Source: Phycisphaerae bacterium
GTDB lineage: Bacteria; Planctomycetota; Phycisphaerae; UBA1845; Fen-1342
Assembly (NCBI GenBank): GCA_963675745.2
Contig: CAXXWX010000028.1
Location: 32,001-96,000, forward strand
Direction: 5' to 3'
Length of the DNA stretch: 64,000 nt
The notes beneath the pieces were generated by a model. That model saw only the letters and a program-made list of their open reading frames with translations. It did not search any database and was not told the origin of the DNA. This document shows positions 29,256 to 38,290 of this stretch, one piece after another. Both the position numbers and the translations under genes were made by a program. Numbering within the stretch: position 1 is the first letter of the stretch; the number at the start of each line of letters is the position of its first letter.

Positions 29256-32200
29256 ATGAACACGGCGATTCGATCCGGCCGGGTGAATATCAGGCTGGTT
29301 GTCATTCTCGTGGGCATCCTCGCGGTGATAGGCGTGGCCGGCTTCATCGCACACCGGGTTCGCAAGCAGGCAATTGCAAGTGACGCCCTGACCAACGGGC
29401 GCGCGGCGATTGCGGCCGAAGACTGGGCGCTGGCCACCAAGGAACTCCTCAGGTACTTGTCGAAGTTTCCCGACGACGAAAGCCACAATGGCGCGGTCTT
29501 GAAGGAGTATGCCGAAGCACATATGGCGGTACGCCCGCTGGATCCGACCAATGTCGGTGCCGCGATTGGTGCATATCGGCGGATTATCCGGGTGTACCCG
29601 GATCCTGAACATGTTACTCCGTCATTGCGTGAGCTGACGCGGCTGTATGAGTACATCGGAGACATGGCGGAGCTGGCGTACACGGCGCGCCGGTGGAAGC
29701 AGTTGGACGAGAGCAGTGCGGCGGCACGCCTGGTGCTCTGCCAGGCACTGGTCGCGCAACGGAAGTACGACGATGCTCTCCCCGAACTTCATGAGCTGAT
29801 CTCCATGCTCGAGGACGACCCGCAGCATCCGACGGAGTACGTGGACGCCTGTTTGCTCGTCGCCGCGATAGCGGCCGAGGCCGACCTCGATATATCGCGT
29901 GCCGACACGCTGGTCTGGATCAACCGCGCGCTCGACTATGCGCCGAGCTCGGCACGTGCGCTAATGACTCGGGCACGCTATTGGCTGGCACCGGTGGATG
30001 GCGTGGAGCCGTCGTTGATCGCGGCACGTGCTGATCTGGAGAGCGCCAGTGAGCTGGAGTCGCTGGAGCCGGCGGCACTGGTTGCGCTATGCCAGCTCTG
30101 GACCGATCTCGGTGAGTTTGAGCGTGCCGACGCGATTCTGGCGCGGATCCGCGCAGTGTCACCGGAGACGGTCGCAGCGAGTTTCATTGATCCGGACGTG
30201 TGGGCGCCAACGTGTTTTAATGTGGCGGCGCGTCTGGCCAGATCGCGCGGGGACACGGCAGCCGCGCTCCAGTTGGCCGACAGCGCACTAGCGCCAACCG
30301 AGCCGGACGCCGCGAAAATAGTCCATGCGCGATACCGTTTGATGGCACTGCCGCGCGCGACCGAGGTATATACGACTGCGGGCGATCTGGAAAAGGGCCG
30401 CCTGTGTCTGAATGAATATCTTGCATTAACCGCCGGCCGTGATCTCACGCCGGCCACCGAAGACGCCCTAGCGGTCTTGCAGGCGCGCGTTGCGCGCGCG
30501 GAAGGTGACTGGCGCGCGGTGATTGAGCTGCTGCGTCCGGTCGCCACGCGCGCTCCCGACAACGTCGATGCCTGGTTGCTGCTATCGGAGGCGTATGCGA
30601 GCACGAACCAGCATGGACGCGCGATTGAGGCGTTGCGCACCTATCTGGATGCGCGTCCGACCGACCGCAACATGACGTACAACCTGGCCGAGTCGTTTTT
30701 CAGGCAACGGTTGTTCGCCGAAGCTGAGCTCAACGCGCGGCGTGCCGAGGCGCTGGGAATCGCCGACAAGATAGCCACGCAGCTTGGCATGTGGGGGGCG
30801 CCGCCGCGGCTGCGAATAACGGCGAGCCTGTTGGATCATGATGATCCGGCCGTGGCGCTGACGGACGCCGGCGTCGCATCGTCACCTGAGGAAGGCGCCG
30901 ACCTGTTGCGGATTGTGCCGCCAATCGACATTGATTGCCGCCTGCTGCAACTCGAGTCGCGGTTGGAGTTGGCGCTGCAGCGCAACGACGTTGAGGCCAT
31001 CGCCGCGCTCAGGGGTGAATTGCGTGACCTGCGCGACCAATACCCGGAGCAGGTCGACATCAGCTTGATGCTGGCGCGTCTGCTGACGCGTGACCTGAGA
31101 CAGCAGCCGGATCAGACCGAACTGGTTGCGACCATTGAGCGGAATCTCCAGCAGGCGATCGCCACCGCGGATGACGACTTGCCGGCGCGGCTTGCCCTGG
31201 CGCGTTTCTATTCCGAACCGCGTTCGGGCGAATCCGAGCAAGATGCACAGGCGCGCCGTGAGAAAGCGCTGGCCACGATGAACGACGCGTGCGCGGCGCA
31301 CCCGGAAAGCACCAACGCCTGGCTGGTGTTGGCTCAGCTCGAGGCTGACATGGTCGACGATGATGCGGCCAAACTCGCCGCCGTCAGGCGTGTTTTGCAG
31401 CCGAGGGTGGAAGCCACTCAATCAGCGACGGACAAGAGTCGCCTGGAAATCGAGCTGGCGGCATTCGAGATCGGTTTTGGTGACACGGAGGCGGGCATTC
31501 TCAGGCTAAAACAGCTTGCCGATGCCGACCCGCTCGAACTGACGGCCCGCTCGCTGCTACTGGAGATCGAGGCGGTCCGCTCGGCAGCCGTAGCAGCGCT
31601 GCCCGAGGGCTATGCCCAGCGCCTGGTCGACGAAATCCAAGCGATAGAAGGCGATAGCGGAGTTCTCTGGCGTTATCACCAGGTCGCGGTTTGGATGGCC
31701 AACGAGGGGTGGTCTGAACATTCACACGATATCGAGAGTCTGCTGTCTTACTGCATGCAGGTCGACGGAGCCTGGGAGGCACCGGTTGTTTTGCTCGGCG
31801 AATACTACGAGCGCAGCAACGAGGAGGACCGGGCCATCGACCTGTACCGCCGCGCGCTACGCAAAAACCCGGGGGCGGCAGTGCTGGCGGATCGTCTGCT
31901 GGTGCTGCTGGAGCGCCTGGGGCGTTATCCCGAAGCTCAGGAGATTCTCGAGCAGATTCGGCTGCGCGCCGGCGCCGCTGACGCGGCTGAGATCCTCGAT
32001 GCGGTTGACGCGGGCCGTATCGATGAGGCGATCGAGAAGCTTACGTTCAGGGTGCGCGGGGCGCCGGACGACGCCGGCGCGCGCATCGGGCTGGCGCGTT
32101 TGATCTATCAATCCAAGCGTGACGCAGTCACGGCACTGCGTCTGCTTGATGAAGCGGCGTCGCTGGATCCGGTCCGCGTGGGGTCTGTCGCGGCGCGTGT

Positions 32201-33896
32201 GGAGATCCTGCTGGCAGAAGGCCGAAGCGACGAGGCGGAGGCCCTGATTGATGAGTACATCGAGCAGCGCGAGGCCGCATTGGCTGATGACGACTCGGCT
32301 GCCAACATCAGCGCCGTCACCAACGCGCACTTGCTGCGCGCGAGCTATCTGGTCGGTCGCAGCGAGTTTGACGCGGCAGAGCAGGTGCTCACCAACCTCC
32401 GCGAGCGGTTCGCGAGTAATGGGCTCACCACGGAGACCCTCGGCCACTTCTATTTCAATCGCGGCCGCTTGGACGAAGCCGTCAGCGCGTTTGAGCAGGG
32501 TCATGCGGCGTTTCCCGACAATCTGACGCTACAGCAGAAACTGGTTGAGTCGTTGCTGATTCGCGGCGGCGCGGATGACAAGAAGCGCGCGGCCCAAATG
32601 CTCGATGACCTGCGCGCGGCGCGTGGTGACCATCCTGACGTGTTGATGGTCGAGGCCGCACTCGCCATGGACGAAGGTACGGCCGAGGGAAACGCGAAAG
32701 CCGAGCAACTCTACAAACGCGTGCTGGAGCAGCAGCCGCGTCGCGTGGCCGCTCACGCCTGGCTGGCCAGCCTCGCCCTGGGCGCGCGTGATTACGATCG
32801 GGCCGCCGAACGGGTGACGGCCGCCTTGGCGGTTGCGCCCACGAACGTGCAGGTTCTGCTGCTGAGTGCGCGTACCGAGCTGGCTCTCGGGCGTCCACGG
32901 CGCGCCTGGCAGGTCGCGCAACGGATCCTGCGAAGCGACCCCACCAACGCGGCGGCGGTGCGCATGATACTGGCGGTTTGCGAGGATACAGGTGATCCGG
33001 AGATGCGCCGCAACGCCGCGGGCGGCCTGCAATCGATTGTGGAGGCGGACACGGATCGACAAAACGCCGCGGCTCGCGCCGGGCTGGCCGGCATATATCT
33101 GCTGGACGGCGCGCTCGATCAGGCGGCGGACCTGCTCAGCGACGCGATGTCGATCGATGCGGACAGCATCGATGTGCTGCGTGTGCGGATCGCGCTGCTG
33201 GCGGCGCGCGGTGAGCTGACGGAATTGCTGGAGCTGCTGGACGACTATCGTACACGGGCACCGGACGATATTCGTCTGCTGGTAGTCGCGGCCACAAGCC
33301 TGGCCACGTCACCTGATGCCGACCACCGCCGACAGGCCGGCGCGCTGTGTGAGGAAATGCTCGCAACACGCCCCGGGCTGCCCGCAGCCCGGCATCTGCT
33401 GGCACGGTTGGCCTGGATGGACGGCGATGCGGCCGACGCCGAGCGGCAGTATCGAGAGATGCTTGAGGAAATGCCGGACTACACGCCGACACTGAACGAC
33501 CTTGCCTGGGTGCTCGCGCAGGGGCATTCTGACGATCCTAACGCCCTGGAGGAGGCCTTGTCGCTTGCGGACCGGGCACTCGTCCGTGATTCGCGCAACC
33601 GCAGCTATCTTGACACGCGTGCGACGATTCTGGAGATGATGCCGAATCGTCTGCAGGCGGCCCGTGACGACCGCACGCGGTGTGTGGAACTCTCGACGCA
33701 GACCCCCCCCGAGCATGCCCGGGCGCTGCTTATGCTCGCAGCAGTTTGCGTCAAACAAGGCGACCTGGAGTCGGCTGACCGGCATTTGTCCGCGGCGGAG
33801 GAGATAGACGCCGCCGCGAACAGCTTCAGCCCGGCCGAGCGCGAGCGTGTCAGGGAGCTTCGCGCACAGATCAATTCGCCGAGCGACCGTCCCTGA
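29256..33896 (+). CDS. Giant membrane-anchored tetratricopeptide-repeat protein (PrsT-like position)
   Basis: 1546 aa, single N-terminal TM, many TPR-like units (e.g. AWLLLSEAY...AIEALRTYLDARP, LNDLAWVLA...YLDTRA). Confidence 0.8.
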   Translation: MNTAIRSGRVNIRLVVILVGILAVIGVAGFIAHRVRKQAIASDALTNGRAAIAAEDWALATKELLRYLSKFPDDESHNGAVLKEYAEAHMAVRPLDPTNVGAAIGAYRRIIRVYPDPEHVTPSLRELTRLYEYIGDMAELAYTARRWKQLDESSAAARLVLCQALVAQRKYDDALPELHELISMLEDDPQHPTEYVDACLLVAAIAAEADLDISRADTLVWINRALDYAPSSARALMTRARYWLAPVDGVEPSLIAARADLESASELESLEPAALVALCQLWTDLGEFERADAILARIRAVSPETVAASFIDPDVWAPTCFNVAARLARSRGDTAAALQLADSALAPTEPDAAKIVHARYRLMALPRATEVYTTAGDLEKGRLCLNEYLALTAGRDLTPATEDALAVLQARVARAEGDWRAVIELLRPVATRAPDNVDAWLLLSEAYASTNQHGRAIEALRTYLDARPTDRNMTYNLAESFFRQRLFAEAELNARRAEALGIADKIATQLGMWGAPPRLRITASLLDHDDPAVALTDAGVASSPEEGADLLRIVPPIDIDCRLLQLESRLELALQRNDVEAIAALRGELRDLRDQYPEQVDISLMLARLLTRDLRQQPDQTELVATIERNLQQAIATADDDLPARLALARFYSEPRSGESEQDAQARREKALATMNDACAAHPESTNAWLVLAQLEADMVDDDAAKLAAVRRVLQPRVEATQSATDKSRLEIELAAFEIGFGDTEAGILRLKQLADADPLELTARSLLLEIEAVRSAAVAALPEGYAQRLVDEIQAIEGDSGVLWRYHQVAVWMANEGWSEHSHDIESLLSYCMQVDGAWEAPVVLLGEYYERSNEEDRAIDLYRRALRKNPGAAVLADRLLVLLERLGRYPEAQEILEQIRLRAGAADAAEILDAVDAGRIDEAIEKLTFRVRGAPDDAGARIGLARLIYQSKRDAVTALRLLDEAASLDPVRVGSVAARVEILLAEGRSDEAEALIDEYIEQREAALADDDSAANISAVTNAHLLRASYLVGRSEFDAAEQVLTNLRERFASNGLTTETLGHFYFNRGRLDEAVSAFEQGHAAFPDNLTLQQKLVESLLIRGGADDKKRAAQMLDDLRAARGDHPDVLMVEAALAMDEGTAEGNAKAEQLYKRVLEQQPRRVAAHAWLASLALGARDYDRAAERVTAALAVAPTNVQVLLLSARTELALGRPRRAWQVAQRILRSDPTNAAAVRMILAVCEDTGDPEMRRNAAGGLQSIVEADTDRQNAAARAGLAGIYLLDGALDQAADLLSDAMSIDADSIDVLRVRIALLAARGELTELLELLDDYRTRAPDDIRLLVVAATSLATSPDADHRRQAGALCEEMLATRPGLPAARHLLARLAWMDGDAADAERQYREMLEEMPDYTPTLNDLAWVLAQGHSDDPNALEEALSLADRALVRDSRNRSYLDTRATILEMMPNRLQAARDDRTRCVELSTQTPPEHARALLMLAAVCVKQGDLESADRHLSAAEEIDAAANSFSPAERERVRELRAQINSPSDRP

Positions 33897-34049
33897 TTCG
33901 CCTCCAGGCCGTCCAAAACCCGCCAGTTGCGATCCAGGCGACGGACGCCGATGACGCGCCCGCCGTTTGGTGGTAAAGTTGCGGCCATTGGGAGACCGAT
34001 AATGCATGCGGGTTCCGGTTCTGCCTTCATCGATAGGAAGGAGCGCACT

Positions 34050-35273
34050 GTGCAAAGACGCCGGTCAATTTGGGACGGGCCGTCCCATCTGCCTGACAAT
34101 CCAGCTCACAGTGGACCGCGCGAGAATCTCGGCGGACGCATCGGGCGACTGACGGTGATCCCGGTCATGATCGCTCTGACCGTGTTTCAGGTTGCCTGCA
34201 ATGATACGCGTATCAGGTACCTGGAGCTGCGTGACCGCGAGGCAGAGCTGGCGGCCGCGGTTGAGCCGGTTCCGGTCAACACGGCAGCGTTGCCGTTGAC
34301 CGATCTTCAGCCCTACACGGTTGGTCCCGGCGATGTGCTTACGCTGACGCTTATCGGACTACAGGATGAGTACTCACAGCTCACCTTGCAAAGCAGAGTA
34401 CGCGACGATGGCATGCTCGCCCTGCCACTCGTCGGCCTGGTGAAAGTCAGCGGGCTGGGGCTGCAAGGCGTCGAACGCGCCGTCTACGACGCCCATGTGC
34501 CACGCTTCACGAAGTCACTCTCTGTGTACGCGGAGTTGTCCGGGCCGGAACTGACCACCGTGGTGGTTGTCGGGGCGGCGGGCGAACCCGGACTGGTCGC
34601 ACTGCGCAGCAACCAGCGTAACCCGCTGTATGCCGTGGCTCTTTCCGGCGGCTTCTTCTCCGGAGCCTCTGGTCGCGTGATTGTGAAGCCCATTCGCACG
34701 GAAGCGGAAGAAGTGGCCTACAACCTGCTGGACGTCAACGATCTGCGGCGCGTGCTGAACGCCCCGCCGCTGCAATCCGGCGACATGGTAACGATCGAAT
34801 CGGCCGGCGCGAGCGTTGTGTATGTCACCGGGCTGGTCAACCTGCCGCAGGCGATCATCGTGCCGCGCGAGGGCAGCATTTCCCTGGCACGCGCGGTGGC
34901 GGCGGCCGGTGGACTGCGCGATTTTCTCGACCCGCCCGAGGCGACACTCTGGCGACGCCTGAGCAACGGCGAGCAGGTCCGTGTCAAGATCGAGCTGGAC
35001 AAACTGATGAACGGCGAGATCGAAGACGTGCAGTTGTGTGCTGGCGATATCCTCGACGTGCCGCACACCATCGAGACACGCGCCCGCGAGTGGTTTGCCG
35101 CCAACATCCGGCTCGGACCGTTCGGCGTTACTGGCATGTATGATCCGGTCGCTGACCAACGCGCGCGGATTCTGGCGAACGATGACAACGATCAGTATTT
35201 CCGACGCGCGATACTACAGTCGCTGGGAACCGGCGTACCGCAACTGTTGATCCCGCCGGTGCAGACGCCGTAG
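34050..35273 (+). CDS. wza: Polysaccharide export protein (Wza/OPX family, SLBB domains), probable lipoprotein
   Basis: YTVGPGDVLTL, RVRDDGMLALPLVGLVKVSGL, VYVTGLVNLP, AVAAAGGL, lipobox-like FQVAC. AGGAG RBS precedes GTG 34050. Confidence 0.85.
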   Translation: MQRRRSIWDGPSHLPDNPAHSGPRENLGGRIGRLTVIPVMIALTVFQVACNDTRIRYLELRDREAELAAAVEPVPVNTAALPLTDLQPYTVGPGDVLTLTLIGLQDEYSQLTLQSRVRDDGMLALPLVGLVKVSGLGLQGVERAVYDAHVPRFTKSLSVYAELSGPELTTVVVVGAAGEPGLVALRSNQRNPLYAVALSGGFFSGASGRVIVKPIRTEAEEVAYNLLDVNDLRRVLNAPPLQSGDMVTIESAGASVVYVTGLVNLPQAIIVPREGSISLARAVAAAGGLRDFLDPPEATLWRRLSNGEQVRVKIELDKLMNGEIEDVQLCAGDILDVPHTIETRAREWFAANIRLGPFGVTGMYDPVADQRARILANDDNDQYFRRAILQSLGTGVPQLLIPPVQTP

Positions 35274-35360
35274 AAGCGTGTGAGCACGGGATTGGCTTCT
35301 CGGCATCCGGTCAGACGACGGCTCGGGCGTTCGCAGGCTTGCAGGGCAGGAGTGTTCGGC

Positions 35361-36587
35361 ATGCGTAGAGTGGTGTGGTTGTTAGTGCTGGGACTGGTGC
35401 TTTCGCAGAACGCCGGCTGTCCGTACGTCGTCGATGCCACGCGCCCCGGCGCTGAGGTGGTCACGACCGCCGGATCATTCACGTTCGTATTCGACACGGA
35501 ACAGGCGCCGGCGTCGGCCGCCGGTTTTACCGGTCTGGTCGAGTCCGGTTTTCACGCCGGAACCGTGATGCACCTGGCGACGAGTGCGGAGGTCGCCGGC
35601 GGCGCATACACGTCGGGCCTGATCACCAAGACGACACGCGCGCCGATCGCGAGTGAGGCCGACAACGGCAAGAGCAATCTGCGCGGTACGATCGCGATGG
35701 CGCACGGCGACACGGCCGCCAGCGCCGCCGCCCAGTTCTTTTTCAATCTGGTCGACAATCCCGAACTTGATCATTCGGACACCGAGGCCGGCTACACGGT
35801 GTTCGGCAGCGTTACGGAAGGTCTGGACGTGCTCGATCAGATCGGCGCCGTCGAGACAACCGCCCGCGCCGGGTTTGAAGCCCTGCCGATAAACGACGTC
35901 ACGATCGTGGCCGCCGAGCGTCTTGATCTGGGCGATGGTATCCTGCGTGTGCGACTGACCACATCACTCGGCGTGATCGTCGTGTCTCTCTTCGATGTCG
36001 AGGCACCGCTGACCGTCGCCGACTTTCTGCAATATGTCGATGAAGGCTTCTACGTCGGTACGATCTTCCATGGCGTCTTGCCGGGAGCGCTGGTCCAGGG
36101 CGGCGGGTTTGAGCGCGGCCTGATCGCAAAGCCGCCGGCCGGGTCGGCGTTGGCAAACAGCACCGACGCCGGCGGAGCGCGTATCCGGGGCAGCGTAACA
36201 CTGCCATACACAACTGACGTCACGACGGCGACCGGCGAGTTCGCGGTGCTGCTCGCGGACGGCGGCGCTGCCGACCCCGCAACGACTGCGCCGCTGGGCG
36301 TGGTCTTCGGCCACGTGGTCAGCGGACTTGATGTGCTGGATCAGATCGCGGGCGTGGACACGGTCACCCGGTCCGGGCTGGCGAATGTGCCCGCGGATGA
36401 CGTCGTCATCGAACGCATCGAGCTGCGCGATGTGAGAACCGGCGAAACTGAGCTTAATCCGGCCTTTCAGCAGATCATCGATAATGACCCGAACTATGTC
36501 GAGTACCGCACCGCGTACAACCTGACCATCGTCCGGCAGATGATCATAGACATCGTCCTCGGCGCCATGCTGAGTCTGGGGGGCTGA
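35361..36587 (+). CDS. Lipoprotein with two cyclophilin-like (PPIase) domains
   Basis: Lipobox NAGC; SNLRGTIAMA, QFFFNLVDN, GYTVFGSVTEGLDVLDQI; second domain APLTVADFLQYVDEGFYVGTIFHGV. Confidence 0.8.
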   Translation: MRRVVWLLVLGLVLSQNAGCPYVVDATRPGAEVVTTAGSFTFVFDTEQAPASAAGFTGLVESGFHAGTVMHLATSAEVAGGAYTSGLITKTTRAPIASEADNGKSNLRGTIAMAHGDTAASAAAQFFFNLVDNPELDHSDTEAGYTVFGSVTEGLDVLDQIGAVETTARAGFEALPINDVTIVAAERLDLGDGILRVRLTTSLGVIVVSLFDVEAPLTVADFLQYVDEGFYVGTIFHGVLPGALVQGGGFERGLIAKPPAGSALANSTDAGGARIRGSVTLPYTTDVTTATGEFAVLLADGGAADPATTAPLGVVFGHVVSGLDVLDQIAGVDTVTRSGLANVPADDVVIERIELRDVRTGETELNPAFQQIIDNDPNYVEYRTAYNLTIVRQMIIDIVLGAMLSLGG

Positions 36588-36668
36588 GTCGCAAAGGAGC
36601 TGACCTGCGATAAAACGTAGCGCTGCCCTGGTCACTGAGTGCAACACGCCGAACAATCGACATTTGCC

Positions 36669-36753
36669 GTAGCGTCCGACCCCCGAGTCGGACGTTTTTT
36701 TTTTTCTGAATCGTCGCCCGATGGAGACGGCCGGCTCGGGGGCCGGCCGCTAC
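36669..36753. repeat. Inverted pair of 26-bp GTAG-type REP-like palindromes, the first followed by T11 (may also act as terminator)
   Basis: GTAGCGTCCGACCCCCGAGTCGGACG at 36669-36694 (+) and GTAGCGGCCGGCCCCCGAGCCGGCCG at 36728-36753 (-), between convergent genes. Confidence 0.75.
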
Positions 36754-36800
36754 GCCGATCGGTGAAGTGCGCGCATGGAACTGCCTGGCTCGCCGCGTCG

Positions 36801-37487
36801 TCAGGCGATCAGCACCCACAGCCCGACGGCGATTATCAAAACGCCCGCGGCGCGACGCAGATAGTCGATGCCGCGGTTCCAGCCCCTGGAATCGGCCATA
36901 CGCTGCACCAATCCCATCGACGTGCCGCCAACCAGAATCAGGGCACAATGCCCGAAGCTGTAGGCCGTCAGTAGTGCAACGCCAAACAAGACCCCCTTGA
37001 GCGGAACGACGGCCAGCAACGCCAACAGAACCGGGCCCGCGCAGGGCAGCGAGACAAGCCCGAACAGCATGCCGAGCAGCAGCGCGCCGATGAAGCCGCG
37101 CTGCCTGGGCTGAAGCCCCCTCGGCGTGGGGATCGGGATGTCCAGCACGCCGAGCAAATGCAGCCCCATCAACAGGCACACGCCGCCCGCGATGTACGCC
37201 CACCACGCCGCCTGCAACACCGAACTGGCCGCCCACGTGGCGAGAAACATAAGCCCGAACGTCGTTGTGATGCCGATGGTGAAGGTCAGGGAGAGCAGGA
37301 ACGAGTGGACGACGCGACGCTTGGGTCGGGTTTCGTTACCGGCGACGTACGCAATCATGAGCGGAACCATCGCGATCACGCACGGACTCGCGGCCGTCAA
37401 CAGCCCGCCGACAAACGCCGCCGCAACGGCGATCAGCGGCGTGCCGCTAATCTGGTTGGCGAGGTTTTCCGCAAGCGAATCGAGCAT
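36801..37487 (-). CDS. ccdA: Cytochrome c biogenesis CcdA / DsbD-beta family protein
   Basis: Six TM segments with two PC motifs (AASPCVI, SLPCAGPVL). Confidence 0.88.
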   Translation of the reverse strand: MLDSLAENLANQISGTPLIAVAAAFVGGLLTAASPCVIAMVPLMIAYVAGNETRPKRRVVHSFLLSLTFTIGITTTFGLMFLATWAASSVLQAAWWAYIAGGVCLLMGLHLLGVLDIPIPTPRGLQPRQRGFIGALLLGMLFGLVSLPCAGPVLLALLAVVPLKGVLFGVALLTAYSFGHCALILVGGTSMGLVQRMADSRGWNRGIDYLRRAAGVLIIAVGLWVLIA

Positions 37488-37991
37488 CTATTTGACACCG
37501 ACCTTATCCGCGAAAATGGCCGTCAGCTCTTCTCGCGAGATGAATCCCTCGTGCCGCCATAGCTCGCGGCCGTCTTTGTCATACAGGATCTGCGTGGGGA
37601 TCAGGCGGATGCCATACAGGGCCTTGGCCGGCGGATTCTTCCAGACGTCGATGAACTCCACCGCGAGACGCCCTTCGTACTCCTTGCGCAGTGCGTCCAG
37701 GATCGGCGCTAGTTTCTTGCACGCCACACATTCGTCGGCCCCAAGGTCAACCAGCCGCGGCAGTTTCGCCGTGGCCGAAGCGGCGGCAGGTTGTGTCGTG
37801 GCCGGCGCGCCCTGCGCATCAACGGCGTCCACCGCCGACTGTGATGCCGGCTGTTCGGCGCGGGCAGCCACCGGCTCTTCGGCGCCAGGCTCCGGCGCAC
37901 TCGCGCGTTGAGACTTGTACCATGCGGCGCCGGCCACAATCGCGGCAACGGCTATGATCACGGCGATGTTGGTGGCGGTTCTGGCACTCAC
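37488..37991 (-). CDS. Membrane-anchored thioredoxin family protein
   Basis: N-terminal TM, LVDLGADECVACKKL, IPTQI, RHEGF. Confidence 0.88.
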   Translation of the reverse strand: MSARTATNIAVIIAVAAIVAGAAWYKSQRASAPEPGAEEPVAARAEQPASQSAVDAVDAQGAPATTQPAAASATAKLPRLVDLGADECVACKKLAPILDALRKEYEGRLAVEFIDVWKNPPAKALYGIRLIPTQILYDKDGRELWRHEGFISREELTAIFADKVGVK

Positions 37992-38032
37992 GACAGCATC
38001 TCCTCTTCACGCATCAGACAGGCGATCATCAG

Positions 38033-38275
38033 CTACTCGGCCGCCGCGGATAAGACAGCCGTAAGGTCCGCATCACTGGGCAGCTTGCCAGCAATCTTGA
38101 CTGCGCCATCGACTACCAACGCCGGTGTCATCATGACGCCATACGAAGCGATCTTGGCCAGATCGGTCACGTGTTCGAGTTCGTATTCGAGCCCGAGCTG
38201 GTCGGCGACCCGTTCGACCGCGCCGGCCAGCGCGTTGCATTTCGCGCATCCGGTGCCGAGGACCATTAGTTTCAT
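38033..38275 (-). CDS. Small redox-active disulfide protein (MTH895-like thioredoxin)
   Basis: VLGTGCAKC, YGVMMTPALVVDG. Confidence 0.9.
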   Translation of the reverse strand: MKLMVLGTGCAKCNALAGAVERVADQLGLEYELEHVTDLAKIASYGVMMTPALVVDGAVKIAGKLPSDADLTAVLSAAAE

Positions 38276-38290
38276 GCGAGCTTCTCCTTG

